Notes: generated from the sequence alone by a model not told the origin. A stretch of DNA of 64,000 nt from an uncultured virus (IMG/VR IMGVR_UViG_3300045825_000547) (IMGVR_UViG_3300045825_000547); one strand, 5' to 3'; shown: positions 27,766 to 37,994, numbered from the stretch's first letter. A program made the numbers and translations.

Positions 27766-29578
27766 AGAATCTTCCATCCCCTCCTTGCCCAAATTCTGCA
27801 GCATACACATAGCTTGGGATTGGTTTCCAACCATGGATGTCCACTTTTGCACCAGCAGCCACGTTGGTTTTCAATTGATCCTTCACGAAACGGAATCCTA
27901 GGTTTGATAACCAGTCTCCGCCGTAAATAGCACTTCGTTCTGTTCCGTACATAACCGGTTTAATAACTGCTGGTTTCTTAACCACGTCTATTGAGCCCAT
28001 CCCGTGCATCTTATCTACATGCACTGGTTCAATAAGTTCTCCAGGTTTTAGCCCCACACTAGGCATAGCTTTAGCAGCTCTCCACCCAACAGTTTCCGCT
28101 ATTGGCAAATGTGCATGGAGGATTTTCATCTTATCTAAGTTTCCACTCCAGCTCACTTTATCGCCAATGTTCATGTCGTGATCGCCAGGGTCTTGCACCT
28201 CGCCAAGGTTAAGCATGGCCTTCGCCACAACTTCATACACCTTCGCCATTCCACTAATTCCGGTACTAGAATATGTGTCATTAAGTGCTTTTGCTAAGTG
28301 TTCTCTACCAGCGTCCATTCCTTTCAGTCTAACGATCTCCGCTGGGTTAATAAGTCCATCACTTACGGAATCTCCAGCCAATAATGTGTCACCTTTCTTA
28401 ACCATTAGATTAAGTTTAGGATCTACATAATGGAGCTTGTTGTCGATGAAAACATGACGGCCTCCGTCGGGCGCCTCTTCTATTTTATTAACAATTCCTT
28501 TGTTTTGTGCCAACACACTTCCTCCTGGAAAGTTCTCAGGAACATGCATAAGCTGTTTAACTGTGTCAAACGCACTTCTTTTGGTAACGACACCTCCAGT
28601 ATGCTTGGAGCTTAGTGCCATTTGTGTTAATTTCTCAGTGAGAGCTTGACTGCTCCTTAACCCAATGGAATCCCCTACGTGTGATAGTTTTCCATTCTCT
28701 AAGATTCCCACACACATTCCGCAAACGCCCTCCCTAGCTCTACACTTCAGAGGACTTCTAACTAGAATCTCTTTGTGTCCTTTTTTTATTAACCCTGCCT
28801 GCACTTGGTGATCTATAACGTCATTCCTTTTATAAGGAAGGTAGTCATTACAAAGGTGGCGGTCCAACACATCAGAGCTAGAAGTTTGCATAAGAAGCCC
28901 GTCATGAGTTCCGCAATCTTGCTCAGTTGTTATGAGCTGGTTAGTGAGCATAAAGAACTCTTTACTTAAAGCACCGGGGTCTCTAACGGAGATGAAACTC
29001 TCTACTACCCCTTTTCTCGCACCAGTAGCGGAAATGAAGGCATCAGATGGGGCAAGTCCTGCGGCAAAACTGGATTTACTCATATAAGGCAACACTTTAT
29101 TAGTTACGTCTACTTGGTTTCCTGAGGAGAAAAACATTTGTCGTATGTTGTTCCGATTCCCCTTCCCTCCAATAGTACTCCAACGGTGCACATTAGAGTC
29201 AGAGTCTTTCATGTGTTGCTCTACTAACGCATTTATCTCTGTTTCTATTTTCATATTCACAGCGCGTTGTGCTTCTTCTCTCTGGTGGGTGTCTTTTATT
29301 GTTCTAAGCTTGTTGGATTCGTTGTCATACTTTTTATATATGTGATCAACCGCTATGGGTTTAGTTTCATCAAAGGAAAAAGAACTTCCTTCTAAATAGG
29401 AGTGTTGATCTCCTAATCTTTTCAGTCCACTGGCTACGGCGTTATAGTGCTGGGGGTGTGTTGTGGCAACTTGTTTGAACGCCGCCTTCATACCCGCACC
29501 GGTCATAGGTTCGTATTTTCTTAAGGGAGGAGGAATGAATTCATTGATCATAACCTGCCCTACTGTTGTTGCTACCAT
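27764..29578 (-). CDS. DNA-directed RNA polymerase, C-terminal beta'-like subunit
   Basis: TTVGQ start, bridge helix FISATGARKGVVES, EQDCGT and RSPLKC...GVCGMC Zn site, trigger loop SQALTEKLTQMALSSKHTGG. Confidence 0.9.
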   Translation of the reverse strand: MVATTVGQVMINEFIPPPLRKYEPMTGAGMKAAFKQVATTHPQHYNAVASGLKRLGDQHSYLEGSSFSFDETKPIAVDHIYKKYDNESNKLRTIKDTHQREEAQRAVNMKIETEINALVEQHMKDSDSNVHRWSTIGGKGNRNNIRQMFFSSGNQVDVTNKVLPYMSKSSFAAGLAPSDAFISATGARKGVVESFISVRDPGALSKEFFMLTNQLITTEQDCGTHDGLLMQTSSSDVLDRHLCNDYLPYKRNDVIDHQVQAGLIKKGHKEILVRSPLKCRAREGVCGMCVGILENGKLSHVGDSIGLRSSQALTEKLTQMALSSKHTGGVVTKRSAFDTVKQLMHVPENFPGGSVLAQNKGIVNKIEEAPDGGRHVFIDNKLHYVDPKLNLMVKKGDTLLAGDSVSDGLINPAEIVRLKGMDAGREHLAKALNDTYSSTGISGMAKVYEVVAKAMLNLGEVQDPGDHDMNIGDKVSWSGNLDKMKILHAHLPIAETVGWRAAKAMPSVGLKPGELIEPVHVDKMHGMGSIDVVKKPAVIKPVMYGTERSAIYGGDWLSNLGFRFVKDQLKTNVAAGAKVDIHGWKPIPSYVYAAEFGQGGDGRF

Positions 29579-29638
29579 AAGAAAATTGTCTCCTAAAAAT
29601 TAGTATTCCTATTTGATTTTAGCCTAGAACAGAGAAAT

Positions 29639-30505
29639 TTATTCCCCGTCGTCCAAGTCATCATCAGGAATATCTGATTTCTCTGCAGCGATTGCTCTTA
29701 AGGATTTAGCTCGCATCTCTATAGCTTCTAGGGCTTCTGGTGAGAGATCTGGACGGGCAAAAGAATCTAAACCATCTTCTTCTACTTCTATTTTCATTTC
29801 TTTTAAGAATTTCTTTAAGTCCCCAAGCATATCCGTAGATTGCATTTCCACTTGGGCAGTCTTAATTGCTATAGATGCTTCTTTTTGTGCAAGAAGGATA
29901 CGTGCTCTGTCTGCCACAGGAAGTCCTGACAGCATTGCACCTTCCGGAAAATCACCGAAGGATAGATAGTTGGCTGTAGCTTTAGACCTAATCTTTTGAA
30001 GATCTCCCATAGTGTCTTTGTTTATTACTAGGGCACCATTAAGCATAAAATCTAACTCAGCAAAACTCTTTTTAGAGCAAAGCTTGAACCAAACCTGCGC
30101 AGCCTCGTCTTGAACTAGGGAGTAAAACACATCTTTTGCAGCATCAGAGTCGCCATCCAAAAACACAGCAGGATTAAAGAAATAATCACAGTAAGCGGTG
30201 AGAACTTGCGTTTTTATGTTCCTGAGTTTCCTAACTTCCTCGAAAGATTTGTAGAGAAGGAGGCCGTCCAAAGTGATTCTCATATTTAAATCAAGGAATA
30301 AACTGAAAGCTGTGCCTAATGCATCCGGGCCCACTCCGGCCACAAGGAACTTGGTTAGGGTCGCTACTTTCAATTTGTCTCCAGAGCCTAAAAAAAGAAT
30401 AGGAGGTGCGCCATCTTCTAAACTCCTAGATAAGAAGTAATCTTTTGCGGGAGATTTGTTATTCCCCACACACGCTCTTATATACAGTTCTCTTGGATGA
30501 ATCAT
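29639..30505 (-). CDS. Hypothetical protein
   Basis: 288-aa ORF, acidic C-terminal tail. Confidence 0.7.
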   Translation of the reverse strand: MIHPRELYIRACVGNNKSPAKDYFLSRSLEDGAPPILFLGSGDKLKVATLTKFLVAGVGPDALGTAFSLFLDLNMRITLDGLLLYKSFEEVRKLRNIKTQVLTAYCDYFFNPAVFLDGDSDAAKDVFYSLVQDEAAQVWFKLCSKKSFAELDFMLNGALVINKDTMGDLQKIRSKATANYLSFGDFPEGAMLSGLPVADRARILLAQKEASIAIKTAQVEMQSTDMLGDLKKFLKEMKIEVEEDGLDSFARPDLSPEALEAIEMRAKSLRAIAAEKSDIPDDDLDDGE

Positions 30506-30527
30506 TTTCCTATTCTTCTTTTAGTTT

Positions 30528-30623
30528 CTATTTATTTTCAGTTCCGCACTGCGTACATTTTAAATTTGAATCTAACTCTATAGATCCACATTTTTTGCAT
30601 TCAGCTGCACCATTCTTTTCCAT
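30528..30623 (-). CDS. 31-aa Zn-ribbon microprotein (not in ORF track)
   Basis: MEKNGAAECKKCGSIELDSNLKCTQCGTENK; TAATG coupling and gaggga SD. Confidence 0.65.
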   Translation of the reverse strand: MEKNGAAECKKCGSIELDSNLKCTQCGTENK

Positions 30624-30952
30624 TAGGTTCCCTCCTCTGGTAATATAGTTTCAAGGTCTGCTAACCATTCGTCAATACTGTTGTAATGAAAAGATTCTGT
30701 TACCATTTTGTGCAGCAAATCTTTATCTTTAAAAACAGTACGGACCCCTTCACAAATCTCATCTATAATCTTTGTCATAAGTTGTCTGGTTATTACATAT
30801 TCTGCCACTAATTTCAGTACACCTACAGGGGCACCTGCAAAACTAGCTTGTTTTATTTCACCAAACTTGGTACGCAAACTAAGAGTGGGGTCAATAGTCA
30901 CAATGATTTTGCCAAGAACTCGGTGCATGGCTTGCTCTTGCTTCGTGCTCAT
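30623..30952 (-). CDS. Hypothetical protein (paralog of the C-terminus of 30952-31842)
   Basis: KIIVTID...HYNSIDEW aligns with RINVSIS...MYNSMYEW. Confidence 0.7.
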   Translation of the reverse strand: MSTKQEQAMHRVLGKIIVTIDPTLSLRTKFGEIKQASFAGAPVGVLKLVAEYVITRQLMTKIIDEICEGVRTVFKDKDLLHKMVTESFHYNSIDEWLADLETILPEEGT

Positions 30953-31842
30953 TAACTTTCCTCCTTAAGGAATTTTTGTATTCCCTCAAACCACTCATAC
31001 ATAGAATTATACATAGAAGCACTAGAAATAAAGCATTCCAGTGTTTTTTGGTCTTGTATAATGTTTCTAATTTCCCTAGTTGCAGCGCTAAGATAGTCCG
31101 AGTGACTTTTTGCTGTAGGCGCGTATCTACATATTTCCCTTATAACGGAAGCTGCGGTACCTGCGGGGAGTTTATCCACATCTACTGGCCCCAACGGTGT
31201 GTCAAATGTTATTTTTGTTGATATGCTGACATTGATTCGGGACAAGATTGAGGAGATAAGATTCCGAGCTTTAACAGCTTCCACGTTACCAAAGTCTGCA
31301 CGCAGTTCAGCTAATCTGGTTTTTTCTTCTTCCGTCACTTGCTCGGATAATTCCGGTAATCCTGGAATTTCTTCTGCTCCTGCTATCTTTTTTAATTGCT
31401 CAAATAAAGTTCCTGAGGAGAAATCTATTGCCGGAATTGCATCTTCTTTATCTGCAGGGACCATGTATTCATCTAGTTCAGCTCTAGTGGGGGGTGCAGG
31501 AACCTCTGCAATATCCCAACCTATTTGACCATTTAACCAAGTAGCCGATGCAACTTCTTTTCTTCCATCGGGAAGAGTGTGCTCCAGAACTGCGGCAGCT
31601 TCTATTGGTTTTAAAACAGCCTCTGCTGCAGCCTTTACCACTAACTCATGAGTTTCTAGATTAGTAAATTCTAGATTAGGAAGAACTATTGGCGGTTGTG
31701 CACTCACAGGTTTACTTACGGCAGGAGGAGGATTGGTACCAAAATCCCCCAAATCTTCCATAACTGTTTGTACTTGTCTTGTCCCTTGAACGGGGTTTGG
31801 TGTTCCAAAATCCCCTACGTTTTCCATTGTTATTAATCCCAT
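30952..31842 (-). CDS. Hypothetical protein
   Basis: Duplicated N-terminal ME(N/D)(V/L)GDFGT; TAATG coupling. Confidence 0.7.
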   Translation of the reverse strand: MGLITMENVGDFGTPNPVQGTRQVQTVMEDLGDFGTNPPPAVSKPVSAQPPIVLPNLEFTNLETHELVVKAAAEAVLKPIEAAAVLEHTLPDGRKEVASATWLNGQIGWDIAEVPAPPTRAELDEYMVPADKEDAIPAIDFSSGTLFEQLKKIAGAEEIPGLPELSEQVTEEEKTRLAELRADFGNVEAVKARNLISSILSRINVSISTKITFDTPLGPVDVDKLPAGTAASVIREICRYAPTAKSHSDYLSAATREIRNIIQDQKTLECFISSASMYNSMYEWFEGIQKFLKEES

Positions 31843-31845
31843 TAT

Positions 31846-32478
31846 TTAACTCCTGACCCACTCAACCCAAAGATTGAGTGGATTTATATATTGACTGTGT
31901 GCTTCTTCGTACCATTCCATTAGAATCTCTTGTATTTCTTCTACAGTTGCATACTTCACATCTACTATGCTGGCAGAATTACCAAGCACAGAAGAAAGCG
32001 TGTCTTTAGGAGAAAGAACAAAAGGAACTAATTGGTTTGGTATTGGGAAATCTACTAAAAAAACCATAATCATTGACGAGAAAGGGTTTTCAATATAGAA
32101 ACCTTTCTCTACTTTTGAGCGAAATACTTCGGTAAACCTTTTGTTTTCAATGAGCTTTGCTAGAGTAGATTGGTTCTGCTCTAATTCATTAATACTCATT
32201 TGTGCAAAAGGGGGAGGGGCAGGAATAGAAACGGGAACTGAGGGAGGTGGAGTAAAAAGCACAGGTTTCTCCTTTTCCACCACAACAGGATTAGTATAAT
32301 CATCTTGTTTTTGTACAGGTTCCCTCTGAGGCTGCTGTTTATAAACACCAGGAATGGTTAATGAGCTAGCTATGCTCTCCATTGATGGGATTTTTAAATC
32401 AGACCCCCCTCTAGGGGCAACTTGCTTAAACGGATCAAAGTTGAGATCCGGTGGGGGAGGAGCGGCAGTTCCAAACAT
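31846..32478 (-). CDS. Pro-rich hypothetical protein
   Basis: 210-aa ORF in operon. Confidence 0.65.
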   Translation of the reverse strand: MFGTAAPPPPDLNFDPFKQVAPRGGSDLKIPSMESIASSLTIPGVYKQQPQREPVQKQDDYTNPVVVEKEKPVLFTPPPSVPVSIPAPPPFAQMSINELEQNQSTLAKLIENKRFTEVFRSKVEKGFYIENPFSSMIMVFLVDFPIPNQLVPFVLSPKDTLSSVLGNSASIVDVKYATVEEIQEILMEWYEEAHSQYINPLNLWVEWVRS

Positions 32479-32490
32479 TTTATTTTTCCT

Positions 32491-32733
32491 TTATTTTACG
32501 CGAACATTTTCTTTAGCAATACCTAGAAAAGCAAATACATCTTTGGAGAGTGATAATAAAGTCTCCATGGGCATCGTATTCTGTTTATTGTGCCATACGA
32601 TTTCTGTGGTGTCCAGACCCCTGTTATTTTTTAAATTTGCGCTCCAGTTTAAAGGGGGAGAGTCTTTTTCGTATAAATAGATCCCCCCGATAGTTCCTTC
32701 GCACGCTCTTCTTGTTATTGCCATTCGTTTCAT
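32491..32733 (-). CDS. Hypothetical protein
   Basis: Abuts the annealase gene. Confidence 0.55.
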   Translation of the reverse strand: MKRMAITRRACEGTIGGIYLYEKDSPPLNWSANLKNNRGLDTTEIVWHNKQNTMPMETLLSLSKDVFAFLGIAKENVRVK

Positions 32734-33570
32734 TTACTTCGAGCCCTTCTTCTTTTGTATCGCGTTTATTATTTCGTTCCAGTGTTCTGGGCTTATGTCT
32801 TTTCGCTCGATAGTTACTAAGTCATGCGCCAACACTTTGTTTCTGAACTGATCTACGACTTCCCAGTTCCATTTCTTGTGGTCTTTAAAGAGTTCCTCAC
32901 AAGTCTTTTCGTAGTCCTCTAGTGTGAATCCTTCGGTGTCTTCTGTCTGCACGCTATGCTCTTCGTGTTCATCTGAAAGAATCTTATTCATATCCACAGC
33001 CTTGAACGCAAGCACGGCAGCCTTGATTTGCTCTGCGAAAGCTTCATGGATATGCGCACTCACGTCGTACACAGGCTTTCCGTTAGCTTTAATGAGTTTA
33101 GGTTTATCAAAAGAACCTTTCTTAGTAAATTTATCGGCAGGTGCGTTAATTTTAGGAAGAAATTTATGAACTCTTGCTATCCCCCACAATGCCGCAGCAC
33201 GTTTGAGTGCATCGGATATAAGAGTTTTATGTACTTTTCCTTTGTCGTCGTCATCTGTAGCCGCCCCCACATCAGCTTTATAAACCCAACCAACCCCTTC
33301 TATGTTAATTCCTAACCTGTATATCGTTAGTTTACCAAAAGGAGAATCTACAGAGGTTATGTCGGAACACCAATTCTCAGGACCAACTACTTGATCTAGA
33401 AGTTCCACCACACCTTCCACTGGTGTGTAGGAAACGCATGTTCCTTGTGGTTTCTGCCAACTATTTTTTGGGTCATAGTTATAAGGCTCTTTGGCAAAAC
33501 TTTGCACCCTCCACTCGATTGTGGGAATTGTACTTCTTAACGCTTTTACCTGGCTAATAGTTGCGGCCAT
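32734..33570 (-). CDS. Rad52/Rad22-like single-strand annealing protein (Sak-like)
   Basis: IEWRVQS, LLDQVVGPENW, WVYKADVG, ISDALKRAAALWGIAR. Confidence 0.85.
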   Translation of the reverse strand: MAATISQVKALRSTIPTIEWRVQSFAKEPYNYDPKNSWQKPQGTCVSYTPVEGVVELLDQVVGPENWCSDITSVDSPFGKLTIYRLGINIEGVGWVYKADVGAATDDDDKGKVHKTLISDALKRAAALWGIARVHKFLPKINAPADKFTKKGSFDKPKLIKANGKPVYDVSAHIHEAFAEQIKAAVLAFKAVDMNKILSDEHEEHSVQTEDTEGFTLEDYEKTCEELFKDHKKWNWEVVDQFRNKVLAHDLVTIERKDISPEHWNEIINAIQKKKGSK

Positions 33571-33766
33571 CTTTTTCTCCTTTATCTATACGAGAAATAA
33601 CGGTCTTGGTTGTTTGTGCTGCAACAGCCTCTACGCCCATTTTTGCCAGGTATTTCCCAGCTTCTAGTATAACAGATTTATTTCGTTCCGTGAAGACACC
33701 TGAAATAAAACCAGTTACAAAACTCTTTAACATAATTTGGCCCTTCTTTGAAGCTTGTGGCTCCAT
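33554..33766 (-). CDS. Small hypothetical protein
   Basis: Overlaps the annealase start; start uncertain. Confidence 0.45.
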   Translation of the reverse strand: MEPQASKKGQIMLKSFVTGFISGVFTERNKSVILEAGKYLAKMGVEAVAAQTTKTVISRIDKGEKDGRNY

Positions 33767-33952
33767 ACTAAAGAAAAAGACAGGTTCGTATCTGGCTTTT
33801 TCTTATAATTCATTTTTACAAAGGCGGGTAACTCTACCAGCCTTTGTCGCGCAGCATATCATCTAATGATGATTTAATAAAACTATTCATATTTCCCCCT
33901 TTCAATGTGGGAACAATAATAGAAAAGAAAAACAAGTTTCTCTTTCATAGTT

Positions 33953-33982
33953 CTTATGCCAACAAATTGTTGTTTATTAACC
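33953..33982 (-). promoter_or_regulatory. Putative phage-specific promoter, copy 4
   Basis: GGTTAAT-N13-TTGGCATAAG. Confidence 0.75.
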
Positions 33983-34318
33983 GCAATTGTAAAGCACTGT
34001 AACAACTATTTTGTATCATGTATCACTAAAAATAATAGGAATATAGTTGGAACCTACTAACTAGGTAGGAATCTTTATTCTAGAGAGTTTGCTCCTTATA
34101 AAATAGTTGTTACAGTGCTTTACAATTAACTCAAATGTAGATATAGTAAGGAACATCTAAATTCACAACAGGGCTCTAATTCAATGGATTGTCTTATAGA
34201 GGGTAGTTGCCTTTATATATATAGATAGTAGTGTGCTGATAAAAGCAAACCTCTCCCAATTCCTTTTAATGATTTTTCAGATCATCGTTGGCCTTTTCTT
34301 GTTTAATTTTTTATGTTA
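33953..34318. repeat. Intergenic element, copy B, with perfect 28-bp inverted repeat (33985-34012 / 34100-34127)
   Basis: Direct repeat of 4421-4805. Confidence 0.95.
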
Positions 34319-34353
34319 TTCTTTTTTAAATTTCGTACACAAAGGAAAACACA

Positions 34354-35493
34354 ATGGAAGAACAGGTAGCGGATCTAGAAGCGATTTATAATAAATCCAT
34401 CCAAGATTATAAGCAGCAATTTCCTCTTCAGATTATGAATGACCTCCAGATTAATAATATCCATGCTCCTGCTATTGGTGTTTGGCCCTCTACTGCCTTA
34501 ATAAAGAAAGACATTGAGTTGACAACTCCTATGGATTTACCTGATGTGGAGAGTGCTTTAGTTGTTCCGTTCTATAATGCAAATTCTCGTTTGTCCCATC
34601 TAAAGCTTCTGTCCTTAAACAAACAGCATAAGATTATTACGCATCAGGTTGGGATTAGTAAACTGGGTTGGTTTAATTTCATAGGGGCTGCTAGAAGCTT
34701 CATGTTCCAAGAAAATGCAAATCCCATGGCAAGGTTAATGCTTTACGATAATCTGCAAGGTGCACTTTGCTTCACTAATGGTGTTTATTCTGATGTCGTT
34801 AGTCAAGTGAATGTGAATCAGCTAACCAAGATAACCTATAAACTTTCTCTCAAAGGTAGTATGGAGTTCTTCAGAAAATTCCAATTTATCGAAGGGTTCG
34901 ATATCACTATAGGGAAGACAGAGAAGTCCGTATTTGAGTATCTGCAGTCTGACTTTATATTCAATGATCTCATAGATCAAGATATGCGTGTGATAATTCC
35001 TCGGGCAACGGATTATGCTAAGTCCCTTCCTCTCTACGAACGTGAGGCCTTTAACGACCAAATGAAGAAGATACTTAAGGTGGACCTAAAGAGATACTCC
35101 CCTCTTTTATTTGAAAGATACAATGATGAGAAAAGTTTTATCCAAAAACTTAAAGATTATTTCAAAGACAACTATAAAATTGAGATCAAGCTTAACGATA
35201 AAGAGGGGGAAGTGCTGTTTCTTTTTAATATAAAGCCAAACAACTTCAAGCATCTTCCTAGTGTAGTTGACTCCTTCGCACCACTTTCTCCTCAAAGGGT
35301 GGTAGAACGGATAAGTCTTTATGAGGGTGACATTCTTTCCTTCGTTGATAAGGTTAGTCCACCCCCTTTACGGTATTGGTGGGAGCCCGGAACGGAAGGG
35401 AGAATCCCAAGAACTCAACTCTATGCGATAATTAGAGAAGTGCTATATGAAATTTTTTTGGGTATGACTAATGAACGACTTGGAAATATATAA
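34354..35493 (+). CDS. Hypothetical protein
   Basis: 379-aa ORF with SD aagga. Confidence 0.7.
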   Translation: MEEQVADLEAIYNKSIQDYKQQFPLQIMNDLQINNIHAPAIGVWPSTALIKKDIELTTPMDLPDVESALVVPFYNANSRLSHLKLLSLNKQHKIITHQVGISKLGWFNFIGAARSFMFQENANPMARLMLYDNLQGALCFTNGVYSDVVSQVNVNQLTKITYKLSLKGSMEFFRKFQFIEGFDITIGKTEKSVFEYLQSDFIFNDLIDQDMRVIIPRATDYAKSLPLYEREAFNDQMKKILKVDLKRYSPLLFERYNDEKSFIQKLKDYFKDNYKIEIKLNDKEGEVLFLFNIKPNNFKHLPSVVDSFAPLSPQRVVERISLYEGDILSFVDKVSPPPLRYWWEPGTEGRIPRTQLYAIIREVLYEIFLGMTNERLGNI

Positions 35494-36442
35494 CTACAGG
35501 CAAGCGTTAGCTTCTATAGAAAAGCGGGCTTTTTTCACCCAAGCGGTTCATGGGGTTAACGCACTCCTCAACACGAGTAGAATTGGTAGCACCTTCATGA
35601 ACCTAGATGGTATGAAATGGTTAGGAAAAGACATGTTTTTTAAAACAGTCAATGGTGTAGCTAAACCAAAAACCCACCTTTTCCAAAACGGCTTGATGGG
35701 GAATAAACTTTCTTTTAGTAGTATGCCTGGTGGAAAAATGCTCCAGAGAGGCACTAAAATGATAGCGGATGGGTATAACGCTCTCCCTCAATCTACTAAA
35801 AACACTATTCATAAAGTGGATAAAGCGTGGAACACCGTGAGTGGTGTTCAGATGGGTGCAATGGTTGCAGATATAGGTGTGGATATTGCCTCCCCTAAAG
35901 TACCAAAGATGCAAAAACCTATAGGTCCGTCTAGTTCCATGACAGGCCAAACTGCTAACAACGTGAGCTACGGAACTAAACTAGGAAGCGCCGGCCCGTC
36001 TCTTAGAAAAGCTGAACCAATAGAACTTCCACATTTAATAAATATATTAACTGGCCTGAAAGATGAGTTTATGCTCATTGATAAACAAAGTATCGATTTA
36101 ATGATTAAAAACCTTTCTCAACAAGACACCTATATTATGGGAGCTTCTTCTATGGAGATGAAAGGGTTTATAAATGGTGGGCCACGCGGTTTACCGATTA
36201 AAGCACCTGGTGCATATTATATAAGATTTGCTTGGGTTGACCCAAATAGTAGAAACCAAGGAATTTTTAAACAACTAATCTCTGGGCTTCTCGCACAAGT
36301 TAAGCCTCCGGAAAATCACGGGGTTTGGATGCAGATTAATGAGAATAACAAAGCTTGTCAAAAGGCTGTGAGCTCTTTAGGTTTTAAACATATAGACACC
36401 TGGCAAGTAGGTGAGAAGACTAGCCAAATATGGCTCAAATAG
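35471..36442 (+). CDS. KxA-leader protein with C-terminal GNAT acetyltransferase domain
   Basis: IEKRA leader; WVDPNSRNQGIFKQL (motif A) and NENNKACQKAVSSLGF (motif B). Confidence 0.7.
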   Translation: MNDLEIYNYRQALASIEKRAFFTQAVHGVNALLNTSRIGSTFMNLDGMKWLGKDMFFKTVNGVAKPKTHLFQNGLMGNKLSFSSMPGGKMLQRGTKMIADGYNALPQSTKNTIHKVDKAWNTVSGVQMGAMVADIGVDIASPKVPKMQKPIGPSSSMTGQTANNVSYGTKLGSAGPSLRKAEPIELPHLINILTGLKDEFMLIDKQSIDLMIKNLSQQDTYIMGASSMEMKGFINGGPRGLPIKAPGAYYIRFAWVDPNSRNQGIFKQLISGLLAQVKPPENHGVWMQINENNKACQKAVSSLGFKHIDTWQVGEKTSQIWLK

Positions 36443-36452
36443 GAGAAACAAA

Positions 36453-37982
36453 ATGGGAAACATGCAAATAGATCTTTACAAACAATTAGTTAATACTGCA
36501 ACTGATTCATATAAAGCACTTAATGATACAACCAAGACACAAATGAAATTAATTACTAACTCCCTTGCACCTTTTGTTGGTATGGAGCTTAATCAAGAAA
36601 ATACTGTTCCTGCTTTAACTAAATGGGATAATGGCTTGTACCACACAAGACAAAACAATGCATGGATTCCTTCAGGTGGAGTCCTTGTGTCTTTATGCCC
36701 CCTTTATGATGGCACTTGGTTAGCAGTATTTAGTAATGTGCCGGCTATGCACCTAACCTCAGAGTTTGAGATAATCTCTACTCTTCCTTTTGGGTATTCA
36801 GCTCCTGCATCTTCTGGACCAACTATGAAAAATTACGTTTCACCTAACCATGCGAGTGCTGTAAATTATTCTTCTATTGTCTCTAATGTAGATGTGAGCA
36901 GGACCATGATATTTATGTCTCTCCCTTCTGATAATGTGGTGCAGGTGTACTCTTATTCTAAGAATATTTGGACATATATATCTTCTATAGGAACTGCTGG
37001 GACTGCAGGGAATGGTTCATCGACTGATCTAACTGCTCCTATTGTTACTAAAGCGGTATGGGTTCCTACTGGTGTTGGTAGTAACACAAAAATATTTAAG
37101 ATTTTTATAGCTAACGTGGGCACTAATGCTGCGGGAACCTCAGGATTTATTAAATTCCTCACCATGGATGTAGGTGGTACACTGAAACAGGGGTATGAAG
37201 AAATAAGTTGGCCCACACAATACCACAGCGGGTTAGGGAATGGATCTCTTCTTTTCTCCGAGACCTCTGTAGCTACCGCAATGGGTCTTTCTGCTGAGGC
37301 AGATCAGCTGTACTTAATTAATAATGCAACTGTTATGGAAATTGGTAGTATGTATATTGGGAATAGCTTGTTATCTATCCCAAACCAAACAAAAGTGTTT
37401 AAGACTTCTTTCCCTACTTTAGATTATTCCGATAAAATGGACTCACCTACTTCTCTTCTTGTGTTAGATTCTGGTGACATAGTTGTTGGTGATAACTTTG
37501 GGCACGTAGTAGTATTTAATTCTTCTCAGTCTGCAGTTCTTGATAGTGTGGGAAAACCTCTTTCTTTTAGTGCGATGGGTGTTAATACTAAGTACCCATT
37601 TGAGATGCAACAAATCGTAGATCTCCAAATAGACCCTTTGAGTGGTGATTTAGTGATTGCTGGTGTGGGTGGAGAAGTGTTTAAGACTAATCTTCTCAGA
37701 CTAGGTGATCAGCAAATTGTTTTTGCTACACGCCCCATTCCTTTTTCTGGTAGATTAGAGAAGATAGTTGGATTAAACACCGGGAAAGTGGAGGTAAGTT
37801 TAGATGCAGGCACAACATGGCAAGATATTTCTTTCTATGAGCTCACGACTATTTCTATTGGAACTAGTGTGTACGTGAAAGTAAGTAGAACCAGAGAGGA
37901 GCTAAAAAAAGAGTATCAGTTCTTTAATACTACTCCTTCGCTTGGAGCTATTAAAGAAGGATACATCGTTTTTTCTATTTAG
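36453..37982 (+). CDS. Putative structural beta-rich protein (tail/baseplate-like)
   Basis: Ser/Thr/Gly-rich composition; start moved to ATG 36453 (SD aggag). Confidence 0.55.
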   Translation: MGNMQIDLYKQLVNTATDSYKALNDTTKTQMKLITNSLAPFVGMELNQENTVPALTKWDNGLYHTRQNNAWIPSGGVLVSLCPLYDGTWLAVFSNVPAMHLTSEFEIISTLPFGYSAPASSGPTMKNYVSPNHASAVNYSSIVSNVDVSRTMIFMSLPSDNVVQVYSYSKNIWTYISSIGTAGTAGNGSSTDLTAPIVTKAVWVPTGVGSNTKIFKIFIANVGTNAAGTSGFIKFLTMDVGGTLKQGYEEISWPTQYHSGLGNGSLLFSETSVATAMGLSAEADQLYLINNATVMEIGSMYIGNSLLSIPNQTKVFKTSFPTLDYSDKMDSPTSLLVLDSGDIVVGDNFGHVVVFNSSQSAVLDSVGKPLSFSAMGVNTKYPFEMQQIVDLQIDPLSGDLVIAGVGGEVFKTNLLRLGDQQIVFATRPIPFSGRLEKIVGLNTGKVEVSLDAGTTWQDISFYELTTISIGTSVYVKVSRTREELKKEYQFFNTTPSLGAIKEGYIVFSI

Positions 37983-37994
37983 CCCGTAGAATAA

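Noticed and set aside
27764..29578. Host chromosomal rpoBC fragment
   Set aside because: Highly divergent, unusually split, no ribosomal-protein neighbours, and embedded among terminase and capsid genes.
33985..34127. Retron msr/msd or DGR element
   Set aside because: No reverse transcriptase in the window and no adenine-specific variation between copies; cannot be excluded for the rest of the genome.
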